Below are positions 8,689-17,364 of a stretch of 48,569 nucleotides of DNA, piece after piece. The stretch comes from Candidatus Eiseniibacteriota bacterium (lineage in GTDB: Bacteria > Eisenbacteria > RBG-16-71-46 > DASYSL01). Under the pieces are notes generated by a model, which worked only from the letters and a program-made list of their open reading frames with translations, searched no databases and had not been told where the DNA came from. The DNA lies in the NCBI GenBank assembly GCA_031431875.1, contig JANPEF010000088.1:1-48569 (forward strand), read 5' to 3'. Positions within the stretch are counted from its first letter, which is position 1, and each line of letters starts with the position of its first letter. A program made the position numbers and the translations under genes.

Positions 8689-11600
8689 CGCGCCAGGTAG
8701 AGGAGCTTCCGCGTGGCGACGTGCGGACCGGCGGTGAGGCGCACGAAATAGACCCCCGCCGACAGGCCGTTGCCTCCGTCCCCCGCGCCTCGGGCGGCGC
8801 CCGGCCGGAACACGATCGAATGCGGACCCGGCTCGCGCACCCCTTCGGCGAGCATGGCGACGCGGCGTCCCGAGAGGTCGAACACCTCGAGCGCGACGGC
8901 CGAACGCCCCGCCAGGCTGTACTGCACCGTGGTCTCCCCCGCGAACGGATTCGGCCGCGGGGAATCGAGCGCGAAGGCGAACGTCACCGGCGTCACGCCG
9001 ACCGCCTCGGTGCCCGAGCCGAGGATGCGCACGGTGTGCGGGCCGCCGGGATCGTCGGTCGTGAAGGTGAACAACGCCGAGTCGGGGCCGGGCGCGGTCG
9101 GCAGGTACCAGATCGACAGCGTGTCGACGCTGTCCGCCGCCACGACGAACGACGTGCGCCCGGGCGTGAACGCCGGGTTGTCGCTGGTGACGAGGCTCAC
9201 CATCAGAGGCGCGCTGCCGTTGTTGAGGATGCGCAGCGTGTCCCATGTCGAGTAGGCGACGGGCACGCCGCCGAAATCCACGGGTGGCTTGTAGGCGGCG
9301 AACCCGGGCACGGTGACGGCGAAGGGCGCGTCGCTCCTGTCCTCCACGCCCCCGCCCACGGCGCGCACGCGCACGCGGGCCTCGGGCGTCGCCGTGGCCG
9401 GCACGTTCCAGTTCCACGTCCCGGCGACCGCCGGCGTGGAGGCGACCAGCTCGACCCACGCGCCGAGCTCGGCGTTGCGCCAGTCGATGGCCACGTCACT
9501 GACGTTTGCGCTGGTCCAGGTGATCGGCTTCACCTGCGCGTACTGCCACGCCTCGCCGCCGTTCGGCGCGGTCACGGCCAGGGCGGGCGCGAGGTTGACG
9601 ATGGTGAACACCGCGTTCGAGATGTCGTTGGGGGTCGCGTCGGCCGCGTCGCGGACGCGCACCTCGGCCTGGGTCGTGGCGACCAGCGGCAGCGTCCAGG
9701 CATACGCGCCGGCGGCGGCGTCGACCAGGGCGACCGGGGTCCACGGGTCGACCGGCGAGGCACGCCACTCGATCACGACCGCCGCCAGGTTGCCGGCGCT
9801 CCACGTGACGTCGTGCAGGCTGCCGGCGGTCCACACCTCGCCGCCGTTCGGCGACGACAGTGCCAGCGTCTGCGCGGGGGCGCCAGGCACGGTGTAGAAC
9901 ACGTTGAGCTTGTAGATGCCGCCGGAGTGCATGTCGAGCAGCGTCCCGCGATCCAGCGCAAAGCAGGCGTAGCCCGAGCCCGGGCTGGTCAGCGGCGAGC
10001 TGGTGAAGGTCGTTCCGCCATCGGTGCTCACGTAGTTCGGCGAGCCGGCATAGCGGTTGTAGAACACCAGCTTCGGGTCGTCCGGTGCGGTGAAGCCGCC
10101 CCACGCCGACGTCACGGTCGTCACCTGCGTCCAGTTCTTTCCCGAGTCGAGCGAGCGCCAGACGCCGCCGCTCGACCAGTTGGTGGCGAACAGCGTGGTG
10201 TTCCCGAGGCGTGAGGACCAGACGGCGGGCGTCTCGGAACTCGCGCTCGTGTAGCGGTCGGTGAACCCGACGCCGTGGTCGTCGGACTGCCAGATCTTGG
10301 CCAGGCCCACCCCGGTGACGCCGTCGCCGACGACGACATTCGATTCAACCCCGGGCGAGATCACGATGTCGCACGGGCTGCGGAATCCCGGGTTCGACAG
10401 AATGGTCCAGGTCGCGCCGAAGTCGGTCGAGCGGTGGAGCTTTCCGTCCTCGGGGCCGAACAGGAGCGTGTCGGGTTTCTCGGAGTTCATCTCGAGCGGC
10501 ATGCCGTACTCGGTGAAGTCGATGCTGATCGGCGCCGTCCAGGTCGCGCCGGCGTCGGTCGTGCGCGCGATGCGGTCGGGCGATCCCACCGCGGCAACCC
10601 ACAGGTTCGAGTCCTTGGCCGAGACGTAGAACGAGTTGGTCTTGGAGGCACCGGGAATGGTCCCGAGCTGCGTCCACGAGTCGCCACGGTCGACACTCTT
10701 GAAGATGTTCACGCCCATCACGGCCCACACCGAGTTGCGGCTCTGCGGCGTGGCGGCAAACGTGTTGCCGCGCACCGTGACGTTGCCCGACGAGCGCTTG
10801 AGCTGCCAGTCCCACGTCGTCGACGTACCGGTTGCGAGGGCCCAGGTGGCGCCGCCGTTGGTCGTGCGGAGAACGGCGCGCGTCCGGGCCGCGGTGGCCC
10901 ACGCCTTGTTCGCGTCGTAGGCGAAGTAGTCACTGGTGGCCGCGATGAGCGGATGCGTCGCGAACGTCCACGTCGCACCATCGTCACCCGAGCTGCGGAT
11001 GAAGCCGCCGCCGCCGGAGAGCGTCACGCCCTGCGCGCCGGAGATGGTGACCGCGCGGACATCGAGCGGCAGTTCCATGTGCAGATCGATCGCGGTCCAG
11101 CTCGCGCCGGACGTGGTGCTGCGCAGGGCCGTTCCGTACCCGCCAACCACCCACAGGCGCGAGCCGGCGCCGTCCACCGCGAACAGGTCGCCGGTGGTCG
11201 GCACGGCGACCGGATTCCACGTCGCCCCGTCGACGGTGGCGAGCAGGCGCCCGCCGGAGCCGCACGCCCAGCCGGTCACGGTGCTGCTCATGCGTACCCC
11301 GTGAAGCGTCGCGGCCCCGGGCGAGCCCTGGGTGTTCCACACCACGCCGCCGTCATCGCTGCGCAGGATCTTCTGGTTCGCGCCGACGACGACCGCGACG
11401 TCGGCCGACGGCATTTCGATCGCCTTGAGATCCGGCGTCCCCGCGACGACCGTGGGCGTCCACGTGACACCGTTGTCCACGCTGCGGAAGATCAGGCCGC
11501 TGTCGGCGACGGCGATGACGGTCAGGCCACGGTGGGCGATCCCGCGCAGCGTGCGCGTGGTCGGCAGCGTTCCGTTGGTCCACGTCGCGCCGGCGTCGAA

Positions 11601-11843
11601 CGAGCGGGACCAGGCGCCGGCGTCGCCGACCGCCCAGACGTCGTTGCCGTTCCGGCTGTAGACCGCCTGATATCCCTGAGCCGCGGCGGGAGCCGCGGCG
11701 AAGGCCGAGCCCAGCGCGACGAGCGCGACGAGGAGTCCGCAGCACATGCGGGCGACAAACGGGCGGCGGAACGAGGCGGGAGGAGTGGTCATGCCGGGTC
11801 TCCGGAATCGGTTCGTGATCCATTTCGAGGCGACATCCATCAC
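8685..11843 (-). CDS. Secreted BNR/YCF48-type beta-propeller protein with Ig-like repeats and T9SS type-A/FlgD-Ig C-terminal domain
   Basis: Signal peptide; many Asp-box repeats (SxDxGxTW); two PNGGExW Ig-like domains; an ASH-like domain; C-terminal FALDSPRPNPF..VFDLSGRRV..LSAGVYFVRL..TRKLLYLAR. The true start may be ATG 11840 or 11792. Confidence 0.85.
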   Translation of the reverse strand: MMDVASKWITNRFRRPGMTTPPASFRRPFVARMCCGLLVALVALGSAFAAAPAAAQGYQAVYSRNGNDVWAVGDAGAWSRSFDAGATWTNGTLPTTRTLRGIAHRGLTVIAVADSGLIFRSVDNGVTWTPTVVAGTPDLKAIEMPSADVAVVVGANQKILRSDDGGVVWNTQGSPGAATLHGVRMSSTVTGWACGSGGRLLATVDGATWNPVAVPTTGDLFAVDGAGSRLWVVGGYGTALRSTTSGASWTAIDLHMELPLDVRAVTISGAQGVTLSGGGGFIRSSGDDGATWTFATHPLIAATSDYFAYDANKAWATAARTRAVLRTTNGGATWALATGTSTTWDWQLKRSSGNVTVRGNTFAATPQSRNSVWAVMGVNIFKSVDRGDSWTQLGTIPGASKTNSFYVSAKDSNLWVAAVGSPDRIARTTDAGATWTAPISIDFTEYGMPLEMNSEKPDTLLFGPEDGKLHRSTDFGATWTILSNPGFRSPCDIVISPGVESNVVVGDGVTGVGLAKIWQSDDHGVGFTDRYTSASSETPAVWSSRLGNTTLFATNWSSGGVWRSLDSGKNWTQVTTVTSAWGGFTAPDDPKLVFYNRYAGSPNYVSTDGGTTFTSSPLTSPGSGYACFALDRGTLLDMHSGGIYKLNVFYTVPGAPAQTLALSSPNGGEVWTAGSLHDVTWSAGNLAAVVIEWRASPVDPWTPVALVDAAAGAYAWTLPLVATTQAEVRVRDAADATPNDISNAVFTIVNLAPALAVTAPNGGEAWQYAQVKPITWTSANVSDVAIDWRNAELGAWVELVASTPAVAGTWNWNVPATATPEARVRVRAVGGGVEDRSDAPFAVTVPGFAAYKPPVDFGGVPVAYSTWDTLRILNNGSAPLMVSLVTSDNPAFTPGRTSFVVAADSVDTLSIWYLPTAPGPDSALFTFTTDDPGGPHTVRILGSGTEAVGVTPVTFAFALDSPRPNPFAGETTVQYSLAGRSAVALEVFDLSGRRVAMLAEGVREPGPHSIVFRPGAARGAGDGGNGLSAGVYFVRLTAGPHVATRKLLYLAR

Positions 11844-14032
11844 TCGGGCAAGCGGGCTTCGACTTCAATCTCGGCGAGGGCGATTGCAACGCGCCCCTCG
11901 ACCCGCCCGCGCACGGCGGTCGGGACCACGACGATCGCATCGAGGAGAACGGGCGGGAACGCGATCCGGGTGCCCTCGGCTCGCAGGGCGCGTGCGATCA
12001 CCTGCCGACCGACCTCACGTCCCGCGCGCTCGAAAATGACGATCGCGGAGCGGATCGAAAGGTCGGTTCCCGCCTTGCGGTCGGGAGAAGGAGCATACAG
12101 GACGACCCCCCGGGCTTCAATCAGGATGGGCCATTCGAGCCGCGCCGCCGGTGAGTTCTCGCCCGCCCCGGAGCCGCCCGCCGGAGTTCCGTCCGGAACC
12201 CCGATCCAACCCGTCCGGCGGACCGGACCGCGGGCCGTACGGTCGACCAGGGCCTCGCCGCCGCGGCCCCCGGCGGCCGTGGCCCCCACTTCGACCCTTG
12301 CCGAAGGCGCCGCATTGAACCACTTGGCCTCCAGGTTGTTGCGCGGGGTGGGCAGGGCAGAATGCCCGACGTGGCAGCCGATACACTTCGTGCCGGACCC
12401 GGCCCGCGAGAAATTCGCCCCGGCGACATGAGCCGGGCCGCGGGGCGAACGCAGGACCCGGCCGTGCGCGTCGACCAGTTGCTCGAACAGCGGGACGTCG
12501 CCCGGGATGTCGTGCTGGTGGACCGCGCCCGAGCGATCGATCGTCGACTCGCGAACCAGCACCGCCGTGTCACCGGTCGCGGCCTCGGGCCGCGCCAGCG
12601 TGGCGAAGAAGCGGATGCGCACGCCCGCGCCGATGCGCGGCGCGTCGGGGAACGGCGAGTCGACCGGGCCGGTCGCATAGACGTTCAGGCAATCGAAGCG
12701 AAACGTGTCGTCGAGCCGCGTCAGCTGCGACAGCATCGTCGCCGGCAGGTCGGGCGCGAGGTCCTCGATCCCCCCGCCCTCGTCGAGCGTGAGCGGCACG
12801 ACGGGCCGCACGACGAGGGCGACGGGATCGAGTTCGTGCGTACCGGGCAGGTCGACGACGCGCTCGGGTCGCGATCCGTCGACGCGCACGACCCACAGCC
12901 CGAAGCCGCCGCCGTCGTCGCGATCGAAGGCGAACAGCACGCGACCGTCGGGCAACGGCGTCGGCGCGAGCGCACGCGCGCGCGGTCCCGCACCGGCGCG
13001 ACCGGGACCTGCGATCGTCACCGGCGCGGCGATCCCGCCGGGGAATGCCGCAAGGCGTGTCGGACCGGGCGCGGGCAGGAGCGCGCCGTTCGTGCACTGC
13101 ACCGCGACCAGCGTGCCGGTGGGCGCCGCCGCGGACGGCTTCGCCAGCGGCGCCATCGGAGCGTAGGCGAACGTGGCAGCGCGCTCGCGCGGGTCGCCCG
13201 CCGCCAGTTGCGCGCGGTCGCCGTTGACCAGCACCGAGACGGTCTGCCACAGGTCGACGCTGTCGGGCCGCGCGATCGCGCCCGTGGCGCCGAGGACCAG
13301 CCCGCCCGCCGCCTCGTCGCTGGCGCGCCACGGGCTGAAGAACCAGCGCGTGTACACGATGCGCCCGCTCGCCGGGTCGAACGCAGGCTCCTCGCCGCCA
13401 TTGCGCTCGCTCGTGATGCGCTCGAGGCGGCCGCCCGTGGCGGGCACCAGGAACAGGTTGGTCACGTCGCCCCCGCCCTGCTGGGCGCGCTGCGGAAAGC
13501 GCGTGCTGGCGAAGACCAGTCGCCCGTCGGGCAGCCACGCCGGATCGAAGTCGTCGTAGCGGGCGAAGCGCACAGCCGCGCCGGCACCCAGTGGCGTGAG
13601 GTCAACCGTGCGGTCCTCGTGCGTGAGCGGAATCAGTCCACTACCGTCGGCCCGCACGGTCCACAGGCGCCACGGATCGCCGGCATGCTCGACCGCGGCG
13701 AACGCGATCGTCGCGGCGTCGAATGACACGGCCGGATCGGCGACATCGTGGAAGCGGCTGGCGGGGACGAGTTCACGCAGGGCACCGTCGGCGGCGCGCA
13801 CGAGCAGGCGACCGCCGGGCGCGAGCCCGCGGCCGCGCGGCCCCATGCCGGGCACCTGGGCGAAGTCCGCGCCGCCGGGCGGGCGACGCGACACGAACAC
13901 GATCGGGGGGAGGCCGCGCGCGACGGGGAACGACGTCGCGGAGCGCGGTGCGTCCGCGGGGCCGCCGCGGGCTGCGACGACGGCCAGCCCGCACGCCGCG
14001 ATCGCCGCGCAGCCGAACGCAACGTGCCGCAT
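11840..14032 (-). CDS. TolB-like/PD40 beta-propeller with hydrazine-synthase-alpha-like middle domain and one CxxCH heme c motif
   Basis: N-terminal hydrophobic helix; PD40-like repeats (DPAVSFDA, DFDPAWLPDGRLVFASTR, EPAFDP, PTPLPDGRVLF); IPGDVPLFEQLVDAHG...TKCIGCH. ATG lies 1 nt after the scpB stop. Confidence 0.72.
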   Translation of the reverse strand: MRHVAFGCAAIAACGLAVVAARGGPADAPRSATSFPVARGLPPIVFVSRRPPGGADFAQVPGMGPRGRGLAPGGRLLVRAADGALRELVPASRFHDVADPAVSFDAATIAFAAVEHAGDPWRLWTVRADGSGLIPLTHEDRTVDLTPLGAGAAVRFARYDDFDPAWLPDGRLVFASTRFPQRAQQGGGDVTNLFLVPATGGRLERITSERNGGEEPAFDPASGRIVYTRWFFSPWRASDEAAGGLVLGATGAIARPDSVDLWQTVSVLVNGDRAQLAAGDPRERAATFAYAPMAPLAKPSAAAPTGTLVAVQCTNGALLPAPGPTRLAAFPGGIAAPVTIAGPGRAGAGPRARALAPTPLPDGRVLFAFDRDDGGGFGLWVVRVDGSRPERVVDLPGTHELDPVALVVRPVVPLTLDEGGGIEDLAPDLPATMLSQLTRLDDTFRFDCLNVYATGPVDSPFPDAPRIGAGVRIRFFATLARPEAATGDTAVLVRESTIDRSGAVHQHDIPGDVPLFEQLVDAHGRVLRSPRGPAHVAGANFSRAGSGTKCIGCHVGHSALPTPRNNLEAKWFNAAPSARVEVGATAAGGRGGEALVDRTARGPVRRTGWIGVPDGTPAGGSGAGENSPAARLEWPILIEARGVVLYAPSPDRKAGTDLSIRSAIVIFERAGREVGRQVIARALRAEGTRIAFPPVLLDAIVVVPTAVRGRVEGRVAIALAEIEVEARLPE

Positions 14033-14033
14033 G

Positions 14034-14783
14034 TCAGGCCGGATCGGCGCGGTCCGCGTCCTCGGCATCGAAGTGCAGGGCGGGATCGTCGCCCGGAACG
14101 AGCTGCAGCTCGGGCTCGGCCTCGTCGGGGGCGACCATCGTCACATCCTCGTCGGGAGCCTCGATCGCAGCCTCCGGCGTGTCCTCGCCGGGGCCCGCGG
14201 AGGCGAACGGCAGCAGGGGCACATCGGGCTCGGCCTCGGGATTCTCGGGCTCGCGCTCGCCGACGATCGCCTTCAACTCCTCGACGCGCGGCAGGTCGGT
14301 CAGGTCACGCAGACCGAAGTACGAGAGGAACTCGCCGGTCGTGCCGTAGAGCAACGGGCGGCCGATCACTTTCGAGCGGCCCCGGATCGTCACCAGCTCG
14401 CGCTCGAGCAGCGTGTTGAGCACGCCGCTCGAATCGACGCCGCGAATCGCGTCGACCTCGGCCTTGGTCACCGGCTGCTTGTAGGCGATGATCGCCAGGG
14501 TCTCGAGCGCGGGGCGCGACAGGCGCATCTTCTTGCGACCGCGCAGCAGCCGCGCGACGTACGGCGCGTGCTCGGGGCGCGTGATCACGATCCAGCCCTG
14601 CGCCTCCTCGGCCAGGCGCACGCCGCGGCCGGCCGCGTCGAGCTCGCCGCCGAGCAGCATCAGCCCCTCGGTGACGAGCGCGGCATCGCACTCGCAGGCC
14701 TCGGTCAGCTGCACGAGCGTCAGCGGCTCGGCGGCGGCGAACAGGAGTGCTTCGAGCACGGGGACCAGCTCAGGCGCCTCCAT
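14034..14783 (-). CDS. scpB: SMC-Scp complex subunit ScpB
   Basis: LEALLFAAAEPL, LSRPALETLAIIAYKQPVTKAEVDAIRGV, GRPLLYGTT..FL..FGL; acidic tail. Confidence 0.95.
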   Translation of the reverse strand: MEAPELVPVLEALLFAAAEPLTLVQLTEACECDAALVTEGLMLLGGELDAAGRGVRLAEEAQGWIVITRPEHAPYVARLLRGRKKMRLSRPALETLAIIAYKQPVTKAEVDAIRGVDSSGVLNTLLERELVTIRGRSKVIGRPLLYGTTGEFLSYFGLRDLTDLPRVEELKAIVGEREPENPEAEPDVPLLPFASAGPGEDTPEAAIEAPDEDVTMVAPDEAEPELQLVPGDDPALHFDAEDADRADPA

Positions 14784-15606
14784 CGGAACCTCCTTCCGCG
14801 CGGGGAGCGTCGTCCGCCGCGGCTACGATCGTGGCGGACATGTCCGCGGGTGGGGTGGAGCCGGGAATCGCCGACATCTCGTCCGCCACCAGGGCCGCGA
14901 GGGCCTCGGGAGGGGCGAGATCGATCCCGCCGAAGTTCGCCGATTGCACGGCGGAGAGCTTGTTCATCTTGAGCAGTTCGAGCAGGGCCAGGAAGGTGAC
15001 GATCATCTCGAGCCGGTTGCGGCATTCGGCAAGCAGCGTCTCGAACGAGAGGCGCCCGGCGACCAGCACGCGACTGTGGATGCGCGCGATCTTCTCCTCG
15101 ATGTCGTAGGCCTCGGCCTCGAGTTCGAGCACGGTGCGCGCGGGCAGGCGGGCGAGCACGCGGTTGAGCGCGTCGAGCAGGTGGAACAGGGTCGCCGGCG
15201 CCAGCGGCAGCGGGCCCGCCTCGTCGTCGTCGGGCAGGCGGCCGCGCTCGTACGACAGGCGGCGGCTCTCCTCGCGCAGCTTGAGCGTGCCCGAGGCCTC
15301 CTTGAACTGGCGGTACTCGAGCAGGCGCTGGACCAGCTCGTCGCGCGGGTCGACCTCGTCCTCCTCGGTCGACGGCGCGACCGGGAGCAGCATCTTCGCC
15401 TTGATCCGCATCAGCGACGCGGCCATGACGAGGAACTCCCCCGCCACCTCGAGGTCGAGCATGCGCATGAGCTCGATGTACTCGAGGTACTGGCGCGTGA
15501 TGTGCGCGATCGGGATGTCGTAGATGTCGACTTCGTCGCGCGAGATCAGGTGGAGCAGCAGGTCGAGCGGGCCCTCGAAGCGCTCGAGCTTCACTTCATA
15601 GCCCAT
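14770..15606 (-). CDS. scpA: Segregation/condensation protein A (kleisin)
   Basis: FEGPLDLLLHLI, DIYDIPI..IT.QY, EFLVMAA.LM.IK..MLLP, IVTFLALLEL. ATG 15606 has a GGAGGAGG-like RBS. Confidence 0.95.
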   Translation of the reverse strand: MGYEVKLERFEGPLDLLLHLISRDEVDIYDIPIAHITRQYLEYIELMRMLDLEVAGEFLVMAASLMRIKAKMLLPVAPSTEEDEVDPRDELVQRLLEYRQFKEASGTLKLREESRRLSYERGRLPDDDEAGPLPLAPATLFHLLDALNRVLARLPARTVLELEAEAYDIEEKIARIHSRVLVAGRLSFETLLAECRNRLEMIVTFLALLELLKMNKLSAVQSANFGGIDLAPPEALAALVADEMSAIPGSTPPADMSATIVAAADDAPRAEGGSDGGA

Positions 15607-16660
15607 CGGTCCCTCCTCCACCCATGCCCATCGCCGCGCGCACGCGCTCCATCGTGGCCCGCGCCTCGGCGCGCGCCCGCTTCGCCCCGGTGGCCAGCAC
15701 GTCGCGCACGAAATCGGGATCCTTCGCCAGCTCCGCGCGACGCTCGCGAATCGGTGCCAGCCGCTCGGCCATGAGGGCCGCCAGGTGCTTCTTGTCGTCG
15801 ACGCAACCCAGTTCTCCGGCGCGGCAGGCGCGATCGATCGCCGGCGCCTCGTCCGGGTTGAAGAGACGATGGTACTCGAACACGGCGCATCCCGCCGGAT
15901 CGCCCGGATCGTTCTTCCTGATCTTCTTCGGGTCCGTGTACGCGGTCTTCACCCGCGCCAGGATCTCCTCGGGCGAATCGGACAGCAGGATCGTGTTCCC
16001 GACCGACTTCGACATGCGGTTGCCGTCGAGCCCGCGCAGGCGCGGGAACTTCGTCAGTCGCCCCTCGGGCTCGGGAAACACCGGCGTGTCGGGCGCGTAC
16101 AGGTGATTGAAGCGCCGCGCGATCTCGCGCGTGATCTCGATGTGCGGCAGCTGGTCCTCGCCCACCGGGACGACGTTCGCGCGATAGAGCAGGATATCGG
16201 CGGCCTGCAGGCAGGCGTAGCCGAGGTGCCCGTAGCTGATCGTCGACTCCTCCATGCCCAGGTCCCTCACCTGGTCCTTGAGCGTCGGATTGCGCTCGAG
16301 GCGCGCCTTGGTGACGATCATCGAGAACAACAGGTGGAGTTCGGCGTGCTCCTTCACGTGCGACTGGACGAACATCGGGCTCTTCGCCGGGTCGATGCCC
16401 GCGGCGACCCAGTCGAGCACCATGTCGTGCGTGTTCTCGACGGTCTTCGCACTGGCCTCGGGCGAGGTCGTCAGCGCGTGCCAGTCGGCGACCATGTGGA
16501 AGTTCTCGTAGGACTCCTGAAGCTCGACCCAGTTGCGCAGCGCGCCGACCCAGTTGCCCAGGTGCAGCTTCCCGGTCGGGCGCATGCCCGAGAGGATGCG
16601 GCCCTTCGCACCGGGACGGAGCGTGTCGAGCCCGAACGGAGCGGCCGTGGTCTCGCTCAC
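15596..16660 (-). CDS. trpS: Tryptophanyl-tRNA synthetase
   Basis: SGMRPTGKLHLGN (HIGH motif), ADWHALT, LQAADIL, VPVGEDQ..H.E, RMSKS (KMSKS motif). GTG start overlaps the upstream TGA. Confidence 0.95.
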   Translation of the reverse strand: MSETTAAPFGLDTLRPGAKGRILSGMRPTGKLHLGNWVGALRNWVELQESYENFHMVADWHALTTSPEASAKTVENTHDMVLDWVAAGIDPAKSPMFVQSHVKEHAELHLLFSMIVTKARLERNPTLKDQVRDLGMEESTISYGHLGYACLQAADILLYRANVVPVGEDQLPHIEITREIARRFNHLYAPDTPVFPEPEGRLTKFPRLRGLDGNRMSKSVGNTILLSDSPEEILARVKTAYTDPKKIRKNDPGDPAGCAVFEYHRLFNPDEAPAIDRACRAGELGCVDDKKHLAALMAERLAPIRERRAELAKDPDFVRDVLATGAKRARAEARATMERVRAAMGMGGGGTDGL

Positions 16661-17316
16661 GCGATCGCCCCCGCCACGCCGTTGACCACGCCGCCGAGGA
16701 ACGTCATGAGCACGCTGAACGGGATGCCGATGAGCACGCCCGAGACACCCGGCACGAGGATGATCCCCACCAGGATGAGCATCCCGTACGGCTTGATCCG
16801 CTGGTAGACGTTGTACGCCTCGCGCGGCAGCACGCAATCGAGGATCCACGAGCCGTCGAGCGGCGGGATCGGCAGCAGGTTGAACACCGCGAGCAGGCAG
16901 TTGACCCGCAACAACTGGCGCAGCAGCTCGCCGATGGCGTTGTCGGTCATCCCGAACCCCGCGAGCACGCCGAAGACGACCGCCGTCACGAGCCCGAGGA
17001 ACACGTTCGAGAACGGCCCGAGCAGCGCCACCTTGAGGCCGTCCCAGCGCGGGCTCTTCAGGTTGTGCGAGTCGACGGGCACCGGCTTGGCCCAGCCGAA
17101 CATGGCGCCGCCCTGGGTGAGCAGGTACATCACGCCGGGCGCGATGATCGTGCCCACGGGATCGACGTGCGCGATCGGATTCATGGTCAGGCGCCCCGCG
17201 AAGCGCGCCGTCGAGTCGCCGAGCAGGTTGGCCCCCCACGCGTGGCAGAACTCGTGGAAGGACACCGAGAATGCGAGGGCAACGATGAAGAGGAGGAGAT
17301 CGCCGAAGTCGGGCAT
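16657..17316 (-). CDS. Site-2 protease (peptidase M50) family membrane metalloprotease
   Basis: HEFCH zinc motif, GD.TA...GRLT.NP..H.D, FGWAKPVPV, FNLLPIPPLDGS; several TM helices. Confidence 0.92.
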   Translation of the reverse strand: MPDFGDLLLFIVALAFSVSFHEFCHAWGANLLGDSTARFAGRLTMNPIAHVDPVGTIIAPGVMYLLTQGGAMFGWAKPVPVDSHNLKSPRWDGLKVALLGPFSNVFLGLVTAVVFGVLAGFGMTDNAIGELLRQLLRVNCLLAVFNLLPIPPLDGSWILDCVLPREAYNVYQRIKPYGMLILVGIILVPGVSGVLIGIPFSVLMTFLGGVVNGVAGAIA

Positions 17317-17321
17317 GGCCC

Positions 17322-17351
17322 AAGTTAGCGGCCGAAACCCGCACCGGTCAA
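17322..17351 (-). promoter_or_regulatory. sigma70-type promoter of the S2P-trpS-scpAB operon, probably giving a leaderless mRNA
   Basis: TTGACC (17351-17346), 18-nt spacer, TAACTT (17327-17322), then 5 nt to the ATG; no RBS. Overlaps the hairpin CCGAAACCC/GGGTTTCGG (17332-17360). Confidence 0.55.
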
Positions 17352-17364
17352 GGGTTTCGGGCGA

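Noticed and set aside
11840..14032. Evidence for anammox metabolism
   Set aside because: Only one CxxCH, no hzsB/hzsC/hao neighbours, and HzsA-like domains occur in non-anammox bacteria.
16661..17344. N-terminal extension of TrpRS in the 582-aa ORF
   Set aside because: It is an off-frame read across the site-2 protease gene; TrpRS motifs begin after GTG 16660.
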